Source: an uncultured delta proteobacterium (GTDB taxonomy: Bacteria > Desulfobacterota > Binatia > UBA9968). From it: a stretch of DNA of 64,000 nucleotides. Position numbers and translations under genes: made by a program. The notes below the pieces were generated by a model. The model saw nothing but the letters and a program-made list of their open reading frames with translations, had not been told where the DNA came from and searched no databases. Shown here piece by piece: positions 11,350 to 22,036 of this stretch (its first letter is position 1; every line of letters begins with the position of its first letter). The stretch covers positions 96,001-160,000 of the forward strand of contig CAWJZV010000042.1 of the NCBI GenBank assembly GCA_963847445.1, given 5' to 3'.

Positions 11350-12310
11350 CTAGAAAAGCCATGTTCGCCAATTGAAAAACGTATTGTCCGTATCCAGTTC
11401 CGGCCTAAGTTTTTTTCTAACGATAATCTGATAGTCCTGATGGACGACGTCAACGTAGTGGCGGAATACTTTCAAAAAAGCATCAATCGCCGGTTCTGGA
11501 ATGAGCGCGTCGGACTGACTATCCCTTGGACTCCTTCTGAGTCCGTAGTCGTCGAAAATAATCATTCCACCCGGTTTGAGAAGATCCCATGCCATCACCG
11601 CGTCCACAAGGACGTCCTTGGCTACATGAGAGCCGTCGATGTAAACAAAATCAAAATTATTTTTGAGAGACCTTATTGAGATTCTTGATTCTCCCTTCAG
11701 CTTGGTCAGTTTGTGGCCAAGTCCGGATGCTTTCACGTTCCGATCGAACGTTGCCTCAAAGTCTTCTTCAAAAAGATCGATACAGGTGATGGTTGCGCTG
11801 TGATGGGTCAAAATATTCTCCAGAAACCAAACGGCAGACCGCCCCTCGAAACTGCCGATCTCTAAAGCGTGGACGGCGGGTTTGGCGGCAAACTCCTCTA
11901 AATACTTCAACCAGACTGGCGCGTTGGCGCTCACCCCATCGGTGCTGAATTTGTACTTGGCATCGATAGGCAGAGGTTCGAATTGGAGCTTCTTGTGAAT
12001 GTCGAGAATGGACTGGGCAACGAAGGTGGCCGACAACAGTAGAAACAAGTAACTCGTCATCTGCAGCAAGAATGCCGCGTCGAGCCACGCGGTCGCGCGT
12101 GAAGCGCTTGACCAGCAGCGCAAGCAAGACCAGTGTGGCACTCAAAATCAGAGCCCGGTGTGTTCTCGTGTGGAGAAATACCCATTGGGTCTGCATGCCC
12201 CAATAATTCTGCAAAATATACGCAGTGGCCACCGCGGCGACTGCCAAGCCACTGCCGGACAGTGCCAATAGGCTCGCGAGCGCATTCCGTGGTTTGGCGT
12301 TGGGTGTCAT
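11350..12310 (-). CDS. Class I SAM-dependent methyltransferase (Methyltransf_24-like) with hydrophobic N-terminus; frameshifted
   Basis: LEIGSFEGRS, FDFVYIDGSH, LKPGGMIIFDDY; TM-like N-terminal part in ORF 11768..12310. Confidence 0.8.
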
Positions 12311-12492
12311 TTTACCACCTATGACTTGAGCTGTGTCTAAACTGGTCAGAGAGTGTGTGGGAAAATCCGTTCATGTTTGGTGGGCGTAGCACGAATGGAA
12401 GATCGTCAATGATATCAATGGAACTCATTTCGCCCTGACCCTAGTCGAAGGCGCGGCCCTTATTTCTTGCACACTATGAGCGGAACGCACGA

Positions 12493-13560
12493 TCACTGCG
12501 ACAGCTTCATAACCCGTTCGATCACGTCCTTCGGTTGGCCCATGACGTCGCGCAACTGGGCCTCGACTTCGGCGCCGCTGAGGAGTTCGAGGTCCATCCT
12601 GGACTTCTTCGCTTCTTCGACCACCATCGGATCTTTAAAGGTTCTCAGGTAAACTTCGCGCAGCAGCGTCACCCGGTCCGCTGGCGTGCCCGGCGTGGTC
12701 ATCATCGGCCGCCCGACGGTCGCCGACACCAGCAAAACTTTGGCGACGTTGCGCGGTAGCGCCGGGGTTTTCTTTTTCTCCATCAGCTCGGCGAGCGTGG
12801 GCGCATCGGCGATGCGCGGATCTTTTTTCGCGCCGGTCTGCACGATGTGGCGGTCGAAACCGGTCTTGTGCCAGGTGAAATAAGGCTCGCGCGCGAAGTG
12901 GGTGGTGATGCCGGTGCCGCGGCAATGGATCTCCCCTTTTTCTAGAGCGAGATCGATCTCGATGCCGCCGGGATAGCCGCGTACTTCATGAAACTTGGCA
13001 CCTAGGCTGTCGTTCAAAATATTCATCATAATCGTGGTGAGATCCGAGGTTCCCGTGGAGCCGCACTTGGGCGGCTCCTTGGCGGCGAGAATGTCTTCGA
13101 TGGATTTCCACGGCGCGTCTGCCTTCATGTAGAGCAACAGATCGCGCTGATCGACGCTGCCGAGCCAAGCGAATTTCGCCACGTCGAACCTCGCCTCTGG
13201 GCGGCCGAGCAGTTGGTCGAGATAGATGCCGCTGCCGATCATGCCGAGCGTGAGGCCGTCCGGTTTGGCGACGCCGTAAATATAATTGGTCGCGCTGAGC
13301 GAGCCCGCGCCCGGCATGTTTTGCACGATGATGGTCGGATTGCCGGGAATATATTTACCCATGTGGCGCGCCAGCAAGCGCGCGTACTGATCGTACAAGC
13401 CGCCGGGGGTGAAACCGACGATAATGCGGATGGTCTTGTCTTTGTAGAACGGGGCGGGCTGGCCGAAGACGTTCCCGCCGATTAACAACTGACACGACAG
13501 GAGCAGCCAGCCGATAATAAAGCTCTTGCGCGCGCCGCGGGAATTGATTCGGGATGCCAT
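12493..13560 (-). CDS. Tripartite tricarboxylate transporter substrate-binding protein (Bug/TctC)
   Basis: IRIIVGFTPGGLYD, IPGNPTIIVQNMPGAG, KPDGLT, RGYPG; start could be 13584. Confidence 0.88.
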   Translation of the reverse strand: MASRINSRGARKSFIIGWLLLSCQLLIGGNVFGQPAPFYKDKTIRIIVGFTPGGLYDQYARLLARHMGKYIPGNPTIIVQNMPGAGSLSATNYIYGVAKPDGLTLGMIGSGIYLDQLLGRPEARFDVAKFAWLGSVDQRDLLLYMKADAPWKSIEDILAAKEPPKCGSTGTSDLTTIMMNILNDSLGAKFHEVRGYPGGIEIDLALEKGEIHCRGTGITTHFAREPYFTWHKTGFDRHIVQTGAKKDPRIADAPTLAELMEKKKTPALPRNVAKVLLVSATVGRPMMTTPGTPADRVTLLREVYLRTFKDPMVVEEAKKSRMDLELLSGAEVEAQLRDVMGQPKDVIERVMKLSQ

Positions 13561-13637
13561 GTGAAACTCCTTAGAGTGATTCATGGTCCGTTTATACGGA
13601 GTTTGACGATCTTCTGCAAATTCCGACTAGCCCAGGA

Positions 13638-13654
13638 TGGCAAGCTCATTGCCA
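13638..13654. promoter_or_regulatory. Palindrome TGGCAA-N5-TTGCCA; sigma54-like -24/-12 site on both strands, or a TF operator
   Basis: TGGCAAGCTCATTGCCA between divergent tctC and tcuA. Confidence 0.45.
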
Positions 13655-14115
13655 ATTTTTAAGGTTTTGGCTTATAAGTGTTGAGCCTCAAGATCGCCGA
13701 GGCGATGAAACGCGGCGGTTGATTGCGTGGCAACTTACTTATCGGATATTTTCATCACGAAGGACACGAACAAGCACGAAGGTGAGAATTAAACACCAGG
13801 GACGATTGGATTCGGAATATTAACCGTAAAGAGCACAATATGCGGGGTTCCGTCATGCCGGCGCAGGCCGGCATCCAGACCCAGCATCCACCTGGATACC
13901 GTTTTTCAACGGTATGACGACTTGTCCGTCACCTGGTTCCCGCCCTTCGGCTTTGCTCAGGACAGGCGTGCGCGGGAATGACGAATTGAGGGAGATCATG
14001 TTCTAGGAATGCCAACCATTTTCATGCTCGGTAGGCGAGCGTAAGCTCGTGAGCACTTCGTGGTGAAGATTCTGCTCCGTCGATAAGGCGACAATTCACA
14101 CGGCCTGATTTCTCA

Positions 14116-15513
14116 ATGGTAAACGCCAATCATCCTTATGACGTGCTTGTCGCCGGCGGCGGCAATGCGGCGCTGTGCGCGGCGATCACGGCGCGGCGCG
14201 CCGGCGCCCGGGTGATTGTGCTCGAAAGCGCGACGAGAGACTTTCGCGGCGGCAACAGCCGCCATACGCGCGATATTCGTTACATGCATCGGGCGGCCAG
14301 CGAATTCGTCACCGATGCTTACGGCGAAGAGGAGTTTTGGCAGGATCTGCGCGGTGTCACCGGCGGCGCGACCAACGAGCGGCTGGCTCGATTGGTGATT
14401 CGCGAATCGGAGACGCTGGGCGATTGGATGGCGGCCAACGGCGTGCGCTGGCAAAAGCCGCTGCGCGGCACGCTCCATCTGACCCGCAGCAATCTGTTCA
14501 TGCTCGGCGGCGGCAAGGCGATGATGAATGGCTACTATGACACGGCGGCCAAGCTCGGCGTCGAGATTCATTACGAAAGCGAAGTGCAGGAGCTGAAAAT
14601 TCGCGACGGCGAATTTGTTTCCGCTGTGGCGCTTCACGACGGCGCGGCGCGCGCCATCGAAGCGAAAACGATCGTCGTCGCTGCGGGCGGCTTCGAAGCG
14701 AATATTCCGTGGTTGAAAGAATACTGGGGCGAGGCGGCGGAGAATTTCATCATCCGCGGCACCAAGAACAATCAGGGAGTGCTGCTCAAAGCGTTGCTCA
14801 AACATGGCGCCAAACCGGAGGGCGATCCGCGCGGCTGCCATGCCGTGGCGCTCGATGCGCGCGCGCCGAAGTTCGACGGCGGCATCGTCACCCGTCTCGA
14901 CAGCGTGCCCTTCGGCCTGGTGGTCAATAAAGAGGTGAAACGTTTTTACGATGAGGGCGAAGATTTCTGGCCCAAGCGTTACGCGATCTGGGGCAAACTC
15001 ATCGCCGAGCAACCGGGACAGATTGCCTATTCCATCGTCGACGCCAATGCGCTGCCTCGCTTCATGCCGTCGGTATTTCCCCCGCTGCAAGCGGGCTCGA
15101 TCGCCGAGCTGGCGACCGCGATGGAAATTGACCCGCGGGCGTTGGTTGCCGTCGTTGCGGAATTCAACCGCTCGGTACGCGTTGGCAAGTTCGATCCTGG
15201 CAGCTTGGACGATTGTCATACCGAAGGGCTCACGCCGCCGAAGAGCCATTGGGCGAAAGCAATCGACACGCCGCCTTACTATGGCTACCCGCTGCGGCCG
15301 GGCATTACTTTTACCTATCTCGGCGTTACCGTCGATGAGCAGGCGCGGGTGATCATGCAAAACGACCAGCCGGCGAAAAACATTTACGCCGCGGGAGAGG
15401 TGATGGCGGGGAACATTCTTGGCCGAGGTTACCTGGCCGGCTTCGGCTTGACCATCGGTTCCGTGTTCGGCCGCATCGCCGGCAGAGAGGCGGCGCGCCA
15501 TGGCCGGGCTTGA
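14116..15513 (+). CDS. tcuA: FAD-dependent tricarballylate dehydrogenase
   Basis: GGGNAALCAA, RGGNSRHTR, FDGGIVTRLD, WPKRYAIWG, GITFTYLG, GYLAGFG. Confidence 0.93.
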   Translation: MVNANHPYDVLVAGGGNAALCAAITARRAGARVIVLESATRDFRGGNSRHTRDIRYMHRAASEFVTDAYGEEEFWQDLRGVTGGATNERLARLVIRESETLGDWMAANGVRWQKPLRGTLHLTRSNLFMLGGGKAMMNGYYDTAAKLGVEIHYESEVQELKIRDGEFVSAVALHDGAARAIEAKTIVVAAGGFEANIPWLKEYWGEAAENFIIRGTKNNQGVLLKALLKHGAKPEGDPRGCHAVALDARAPKFDGGIVTRLDSVPFGLVVNKEVKRFYDEGEDFWPKRYAIWGKLIAEQPGQIAYSIVDANALPRFMPSVFPPLQAGSIAELATAMEIDPRALVAVVAEFNRSVRVGKFDPGSLDDCHTEGLTPPKSHWAKAIDTPPYYGYPLRPGITFTYLGVTVDEQARVIMQNDQPAKNIYAAGEVMAGNILGRGYLAGFGLTIGSVFGRIAGREAARHGRA

Positions 15514-16609
15514 TCTGCTCAACGAAGGCGCGCGGCAGATGACGATCTGCAATGCCTGCCGCTACTGCGAAGGCTACTGCGCGGTGTTCCCGGCAATGGA
15601 GCAGCGGCGGATTTTTACCAAGGCCGATCTCACTTATCTGGCTAATCTTTGCTTCGATTGCCGTGACTGTTATTACGCCTGTCAGTACGCGCCGCCGCAC
15701 GAGTTCGCCGTGAATGTCCCCCAGCTCATGTCCGAGCTGCGCGCGGATACTTACCGCGAGTTTACTTGGCCGGCGCTGTTAGCCGGCGTATTCAAACACA
15801 ACATTCTGGCGGCCGGCGTCATCACGGCGGCGTCGATGACGATCATCCTCGGCCTCGTGCTGGCATTCCAAGGGGCACCCGTATTGTTCGCCGTTCATCT
15901 TGGCGAAGGCGCGTTTTACCGAGTGGTTCCATTCATCGCCATGACCGTGCCGCCGTCGCTGATCGCGCTTTACGGTTTGGCGGTTTTCACCATTGGCGCG
16001 ATTCGATTCTGGCGCGAGACCCAAGGGAACGTAGTCGAGCTGATAGATTTTGCCGCGCTCTGGCGCGCTACCAAAGACGCCTTCGGCTTGGCCTACCTGA
16101 AGGGCGGCGGTGCCGGCTGCAACTATCCGGGGGAGAGTTTCTCGCAGTCGAGGTTGTGGTTGCACCATGCGGTTTTCTTCGGCTTTCTGCTCGACTTGGC
16201 GGCGACCACGATCGCCGCGTTCTACGATCATTTTCTCGGCTGGCAGGCTCCCTATCCTTATTTCAGCGCGCCGGTGGTTCTCGGCACGGTTGGCGGGATC
16301 ATGTTGGTTGTCGGCACGATCGGTCTGCTTTACTTGAAATGGCGAAGCGACCGCGGTCCGGCGCATGCGAGCATGTTCAGCATGGACGTGGCGTTTCTGC
16401 TCTTGTTGTTTCTGACCAGCTTCACGGGACTGCTGCTGCTCGGCTTTCGCGAGACGACGGCGATGGGCAGTTTGCTGGTTATTCACCTGGGAGTTGTCGC
16501 CGGTCTGTTCATCACGATGCCGTACGGCAAATTCGCCCACGTGGTTTACCGTTATGCGGCCTTGGTGCGATTTTCCATCGAACAGCGCCGCGTCGAGGGC
16601 AACGGTTGA
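15500..16609 (+). CDS. tcuB: Tricarballylate utilization 4Fe-4S membrane protein
   Basis: ICNACRYCEGYCAVFPA, CFDCRDCYYACQYAPPHEF, TM helices, PYGKFAH; overlaps tcuA. Confidence 0.93.
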   Translation: MAGLDLLNEGARQMTICNACRYCEGYCAVFPAMEQRRIFTKADLTYLANLCFDCRDCYYACQYAPPHEFAVNVPQLMSELRADTYREFTWPALLAGVFKHNILAAGVITAASMTIILGLVLAFQGAPVLFAVHLGEGAFYRVVPFIAMTVPPSLIALYGLAVFTIGAIRFWRETQGNVVELIDFAALWRATKDAFGLAYLKGGGAGCNYPGESFSQSRLWLHHAVFFGFLLDLAATTIAAFYDHFLGWQAPYPYFSAPVVLGTVGGIMLVVGTIGLLYLKWRSDRGPAHASMFSMDVAFLLLLFLTSFTGLLLLGFRETTAMGSLLVIHLGVVAGLFITMPYGKFAHVVYRYAALVRFSIEQRRVEGNG

Positions 16610-17308
16610 AAGCGCTTCCTGAAATCATCCGCATCCCTGAAGGATTTTTTCTGATGGGTTACGAGCAGGGCCAGGACAACGAGCGGCCGGTTCATCGCGT
16701 CGGGCTGGATCGCTTTGGTTTGGCAAAGTTTCCAGTCACCAACTCGCAGTACTTGTTGTTTCTCGATGCCACCGGTGCCGCGCCGCCGCCCTTTTGGTCC
16801 GAGCCAATGTTCACCGATCCGCGAAAGCCGGTGGTGGGCGTGACCTGGGACGAAGCGGTCGCGTATTGCCGCTGGCTCGGTGGCCGCGAAGGGCCAGCAG
16901 TATCGTCTGCCGACCGAAGCTGAATGGGAGTATGCGGCGCGTGGCGGCCGCGAAGGTGCGCTCTTTCCTTGGGGCGATGAGGCGCCCAGCGTGCGCGCGG
17001 CTATTGGCTTCGATGCGGCCACCGGTGGCCCGGCACCAGTCGGCGTTAACCCGCCCAACGACTTCGGGCTTCACGACATGAGCGAAGGCGTGCACGAGTG
17101 GTGCAGCGACTATTACGACTACAACTACTATCGCTACTCTCCCGAGCACAATCCCCAGGGCGCGGTTTCAGGCGAGCGCCGGGCGTCGCGCGGCGGCTCG
17201 TGGCGCCATCAGATCAAGTTCACCCGTTGCGCGGCGCGCAGTTCGCTGCCGCCGTCGTTCCGTTACGCCGATTATGGTTTTCGCGTGGCGATGACAATGG
17301 CGCGATAG
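16606..17308 (+). CDS. Formylglycine-generating-enzyme (SUMF1/FGE-sulfatase) domain protein; frameshift near 16885
   Basis: NERPVHRV, PVTNSQY, PVVGVTWDEA, RLPTEAEWEYAARGG, RGGSW, GFRV. Confidence 0.85.
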
Positions 17309-17499
17309 TTTGCCGACCCGCTCGAAGGGTTCCCTCCATGCAAGCGCGGCCTGCCTGGCGAAGAGTCCGGCGCGGCTGGGCTGTTTTTGGCGAAATGTTT
17401 TTGTTTGACCGAAGTCATCGATAAAGATAAATAGCGAAGACCGAACTGCGCGCGCCGAGAGCAAGGCAAATTAACCTGGACGAGGAAAGGAGCTTTAGC

Positions 17500-18486
17500 A
17501 TGACACGCTGGAAAATAACCTATGGGTTTTTCATTTGCTCGGTCGTTTCTCTCTTCATCGTCGCGCCGTCGCGCGCTATTGACAATATCCGGGTGGCTTG
17601 TCCTTCGCTGAGTAGTACTTCGGTATTTTCCCTGGTCATTGCGCAAAAGGAAGGTTACTTTCGAGAAGAAGGTCTTAACGTCGAGCTGCTCAGCATCCGC
17701 GGCGAGATCGCGATCCGCACGGTGCTGGCCGGGGACGTCGATTTTTTTACCAATGCCGGCAGCGCGTTGGCGGCGGGGGTCAGAGGCATTCCCGTCAGGA
17801 TTGTTACGGTTTTTCAGGATAAGCCCAATTGGGATTTGATCGCGCAACCCGAGGTCAAGTCGATAGCCCAGTTGCGCGGTAAGAACATCGCGGTGATGTC
17901 TCCGGAAGGGTCGCTTGCGGTGGTCGCGCGCGAAATGTTGCGTAAAAACGGCTTGGACCCAACGAAGGATGTCAATCTTGTGACGATGGGAGGTGACGAG
18001 GTCCGCTTTCCAGCGCTCCAGACCCGATCCATACAAGCGACGTTGTTCAACACGGCCATGAGCATCAAGGCGCAAAAGGAGGGCTTTATCAAGCTCGGAA
18101 ACGCGAGCGAGTATGCCAACTTGATCGAAGGCGGATTGGCGACTTCGCAAGACAAGATCCAGCAACAGCCGGAAAAAATCCATCGCTTCGTCCGCGCCGC
18201 GCTGAAAGGGCTGATTTTTTACGTCAGCAAACGGGAAGCGGCGGTCAAATACATGATGGACACGTTGCGCATGAAGGACCAGGAGTTGGTCAGTTCGATC
18301 TACGACATTCTCACGCCGCTCGCGCTCCGGGCGGGATTCAGCGACGAGAAGGTGCTGCAAACCATGATCGATGAGATGAAACGAACTACCAAAGTACAGC
18401 GCGACATCAAAGTCCCCGACATCTTCTATCTGAGCTTCGTGAAAAAAGCCAATGACGAGATCAAAGCGAGCGGCTGGAAGCCATGA
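17500..18486 (+). CDS. ABC SBP, NMT1/SsuA-like
   Basis: Signal peptide, EGYFREEGLNVE, QLRGKNIAV. Confidence 0.9.
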   Translation: MTRWKITYGFFICSVVSLFIVAPSRAIDNIRVACPSLSSTSVFSLVIAQKEGYFREEGLNVELLSIRGEIAIRTVLAGDVDFFTNAGSALAAGVRGIPVRIVTVFQDKPNWDLIAQPEVKSIAQLRGKNIAVMSPEGSLAVVAREMLRKNGLDPTKDVNLVTMGGDEVRFPALQTRSIQATLFNTAMSIKAQKEGFIKLGNASEYANLIEGGLATSQDKIQQQPEKIHRFVRAALKGLIFYVSKREAAVKYMMDTLRMKDQELVSSIYDILTPLALRAGFSDEKVLQTMIDEMKRTTKVQRDIKVPDIFYLSFVKKANDEIKASGWKP

Positions 18487-18579
18487 CGCGGCGCCGCCGC
18501 TAGCAGGTCGTTCGATGTCGTTCAGTAGTTCAAGCCGTTCAAAACGCACGAATCGCGTTTCGACGAACTTATCGCACTT

Positions 18580-19551
18580 TCATTTTGCCGCGACCGGGAG
18601 AAATCCCGCGTCGACGAAGGTTTCCCAGGGTTTGCGTTCGGGGATTAGATTATCCATCGCGAGCAGGCGGATCATTTCGTTCAATCCAACCGGGTCGACC
18701 AGGCCCTCGCCGCGGAAGGAGTGGTTTTCCGGGACCATGAATTTGAACGTGCGCGCGGCGATGGTTTCGTCGATCTTCAGGCGGTCCATCATGATCCGCA
18801 CGGCTTCTTTTTCGTTGACTGGATCGTTCAACCAGCGCATCGCTTGGCCGATGGCGCGCATGAAGCGGGTAATCACCGGGCGCATTTGCGTTAGCGATTT
18901 GTTCGAGGCGAAATAGGAGCCGTACTGCAGGTTTTTGATCTCGTCGGAATAGTTCAAGAGAACTTTGCGGCCGGCGTCGATGGAGCGAAAATTAAACGGC
19001 GGCGCTTCGGCGAGGGACGCGGCGACCTGGCCCGAGGCGACCGCTTGAAATCTTTCTCCGCTGCCGCCGAGGGAAAGGATCGTGTAGGCCGACGGCGGGA
19101 TGCCCTGGCGCTGCATGACATCCTTGAAGATCGTCGTCGTGATGCTCGCCACAGACGCGCCGGCGATCTTCTGTCCTTTTAAATCGCCGAGGGTTTTGTA
19201 CTGCGGCTGGCCGATTACCTGATAGGCGTAGCCATACGTCGAGCCGCCGATGACTTTTAACTCGCCGCCGCGCGTCGCCGCGATCATGCCGAAGTGGGTG
19301 CCCGATCTGGCCAGATCGACGGTGCCGGCAAGCAGCGCTTTGATCACGAGGTCGGGCGTCATGTAGGTGACATCGACCTCGAGATTTTCCCTAGCGAAAT
19401 ATCCCTTGTCCCGCGCCACCATTTGATCCATTTCCAACGCGGTCGGGTTGGTCGAGCTCATGGTGATTTTATCGGCGGCGAAAGCTAGCGCCGCCGGAAC
19501 GAAGAAGCCGAATACCGCGATTAAGATGAACTTGGCTATGAATCGTTTCAT
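18580..19551 (-). CDS. ABC SBP, NMT1/SsuA-like
   Basis: MKRFIAK signal after GGAGG RBS; KGYFARENLEV, DLKGQKIA. Confidence 0.88.
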   Translation of the reverse strand: MKRFIAKFILIAVFGFFVPAALAFAADKITMSSTNPTALEMDQMVARDKGYFARENLEVDVTYMTPDLVIKALLAGTVDLARSGTHFGMIAATRGGELKVIGGSTYGYAYQVIGQPQYKTLGDLKGQKIAGASVASITTTIFKDVMQRQGIPPSAYTILSLGGSGERFQAVASGQVAASLAEAPPFNFRSIDAGRKVLLNYSDEIKNLQYGSYFASNKSLTQMRPVITRFMRAIGQAMRWLNDPVNEKEAVRIMMDRLKIDETIAARTFKFMVPENHSFRGEGLVDPVGLNEMIRLLAMDNLIPERKPWETFVDAGFLPVAAK

Positions 19552-19731
19552 TGTCCTGTCCTCCGTTTTTGATTTTCGATTGCCGATTTGTCGGACCTGT
19601 GTAGGGGCCGACCTGCGTGTCGGCCCTCCGAACGGGCGGACATTGGAGCGCGGCCATTCTTGTCCGCGGTTAATCGCGGGTTGGAAAACCCGCGCTCCCA
19701 TATCCGCCCCTACCATTGCCTGATGTCTTTT

Positions 19732-19920
19732 TCATCGAATCACCCGGTCCGCCCGCACCAGCACATTCGGCGGAATCGTAAGACCGATCTGCTTGCGGTC
19801 TTTAGATTGACGATGACATTCGCAACTTGATCGGCTGTTCAACGGGTAGGTTGCGGGTTGACTTCAGGATCATATGGTCCACTTAGTAGCGGCACGTCGG
19901 TAACAAATCGGTATAAGTAC
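19732..19920 (-). pseudogene. Decayed 3' tail of a COG2984-type ABC SBP gene
   Basis: Reads ..LPVEQP..KQIGLTIPPNVLVRADRVIR*, matching 58777-58990; many indels. Confidence 0.8.
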
Positions 19921-19946
19921 GGTGGTGTTATCCGCCGGTCCACGCA

Positions 19947-20187
19947 ATACGCCGTTTCAAAGCCGGAAGCGGCACGCAGATCGAAATGCTTCGGAAGGAA
20001 CTGGGGATAGCGACCAAATCGGCGCTGATCCGCACTGCCTTAAACGCGCTTGGAAGCAGACCAGCCAGGAAGAAAAACTACGGCGTGACATCCGGGAATC
20101 CGTGAGCCGCTGCGGCGCTGCGGACCGAGACGAGAACCAAGAGCTAGTTCGATGGCCGGCGTCGCCCGAGCGAACCGTGGTGAGTGA
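19947..20187 (+). pseudogene. Decayed ribbon-helix-helix antitoxin-like gene
   Basis: Fragments TKSALIRTAL and EEKLRRDIRESV directly upstream of the MazF-like remnant. Confidence 0.45.
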
Positions 20188-20557
20188 ATGCCCATTACAC
20201 GCGGGCACCTAGTACATTGTCCGACTTCAATCCGGACGCATAAAAACCAAACCCGGCGAGTTCCGCCGGCGCGCAAGCTGGCGAGAGTCCGTTCCAATCG
20301 GATCGTCGTCAATGATGCGGGACCCGTCGACATCGTCATCCCGACGACGACCCGGCTCGTGGAAAATCCGGGACGATATGTCTTCGGTTGATCGCCTCAA
20401 GAAGGGCCAAGGCGAGCGTTTCCCGCGATAGCGATCTGCTTTTCGGGCCAACTAATCGCTGTGGCTAACGACTCCTTCCGCCATGAGATTGGTTCCTTGC
20501 CAAATCCAATAATGAAAGAAGTGGAAAATCGCATCCGCATGCATTTTGAGTTTGTGA
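20188..20557 (+). pseudogene. Decayed PemK/MazF toxin gene
   Basis: Fragments in different frames: MPITRGHL, IVIPTTTRL, ANDSFRHEIGSLPNPIMKEVENRIR. Confidence 0.6.
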
Positions 20558-20600
20558 CGTCGGGTCACCGTTTGTTCACCGTTCCGGCATGCCGAATCTT

Positions 20601-20733
20601 TCATCGAACTACCCGGTCCGCCCGCATACCCATTTTAGATTTTAGATTATTGCATTGAAGCCAGCCGAATTGCATTACGACGTGTTCCGGTCATGTCCTA
20701 GTCCCTTCAATCCAAAATCTAAAATCTAAAATA
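20601..20733 (-). repeat. Miniature internally deleted COG2984 unit: last codons (RADRVVR*) fused to heptamer inverted repeats
   Basis: TCATCGAACTACCCGGTCCGCCCG, then CCCATTTTAGATTTTAGATT..AATCCAAAATCTAAAATCTAAAAT, mirroring 58777 and 59756-59880. Confidence 0.6.
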
Positions 20734-20736
20734 GAT

Positions 20737-21826
20737 TTACTTCTCCTCAAACTCTTCGAGCGCATCGAAGCGCGGTTCGAGTCCCAAGCCCGGTGTCTCC
20801 GCCAAGCGTCACCCAGCCGTTTACCGGCGCCGGCGGTTCCTTGTAGATCTTGTCGCCGACGCCCCACATCTCGAAGTGAAACTCGACGCGCCAGCCGTTG
20901 GCCATGGCGGCTTGCAGGTGCATGTTGTGATGCGGCCAGCCGCCGCCGTTGGCGATGGGCAGGTTAAACGCTTGCGCCAGCGCGGCGACTTTCACCGCTT
21001 CGGTGTAGCCGCCGACCGAGCAGACATTGGGCTGGGCGATGTCGACGGCGCGGTTGGCGATCAATTCTCGATGGCGAAAGCGGTGGCCTTCGTTCTGGCC
21101 GGCGGCGATGGGAATGGAGGTGTGGCGGCGCAGATCGGCGAGCAGCAGGGCGTCGTTTTGATACACCGGCTCTTCGAACCAGGTGATGTTCAGGGGCTCG
21201 ACCATCTTGCACAGCTCCAAAGCGCGATTGTACGAGAATAAATAATTGGCATCGATCATGATCTCGACGTCGTCGCCGACGGCTTTGCACACGGCTCTGA
21301 CGCGCTCGGCGTCGACTTTGGGATTTTCCGGGTCGACGGCGACGACCATCTTCAAGCGCTTCTCGCCTTGGGCGACCAGCTGCTTGGCGACTTCGACCAA
21401 CTGCTCTTTCTGATATTGCTTCAGTCCGAAGGTGACGTAGGCTTGCACCGGGTTTTGCGCGCCGCCAAGCAAACGCCACACCGGTTCCTGGTAGTGTTTG
21501 CCTTTGATGTCCCACAGCGCGATGTCGATGGTGCTCACCGCCGAGCTCCACATGCCGGTTTGCACGCGGGCGTTGAACTGTTTCAACAGGTCATTCCAGA
21601 CGCGCTCGGTCTCCAGCGGGTTCTTGCCGCGCAAGAACGGCGCGACTTCGCGGTTGATGAATTCCTTCATGCCGAACCGCTGTCCACCGCGAGTCAGGCC
21701 GTAGCCGGTGACGCCCATGTCGGTCTCGACGGTGGTGAAGACGATCGGCGTGACAATTTTTTCCTTGAGCAGCGGCACCTCCACCGGCACGCGGTGAATG
21801 GATGCTTTTACATTCGTGATCTTCAA
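20737..21826 (-). CDS. Mandelate racemase/muconate lactonizing enzyme family; C-terminal indel
   Basis: AVSTIDIALWDIKGK, IMIDAN, WFEEP, AAGQN; PGLGLEP in shifted frame; TTG start after GGAGG. Confidence 0.88.
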
Positions 21827-22036
21827 AGAGATACCTCCAGGATTCGGCTGACAGTTAGCCTGGAACGGAACGGAACTGCAAGTCAAAAAGGGTCGGATGA
21901 GGGGAGTCAGTAGTCAGAAGTCAGAGGTCGGTAGTCAAGAGTTCGGATGGATCAATACAATTTCACCTCGGCAGATTGTTCTTGACGTGGATGCGTAACG
22001 GCTTTATGGAGATTCGAAGAGAACGGAGGCGAGTTT

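Noticed and set aside
14113-15552. Long antisense ORFs (479 aa here; also 17272-18549, 39892-40962, 52378-53247)
   Set aside because: Shadows of real genes in high-GC DNA; no motifs.
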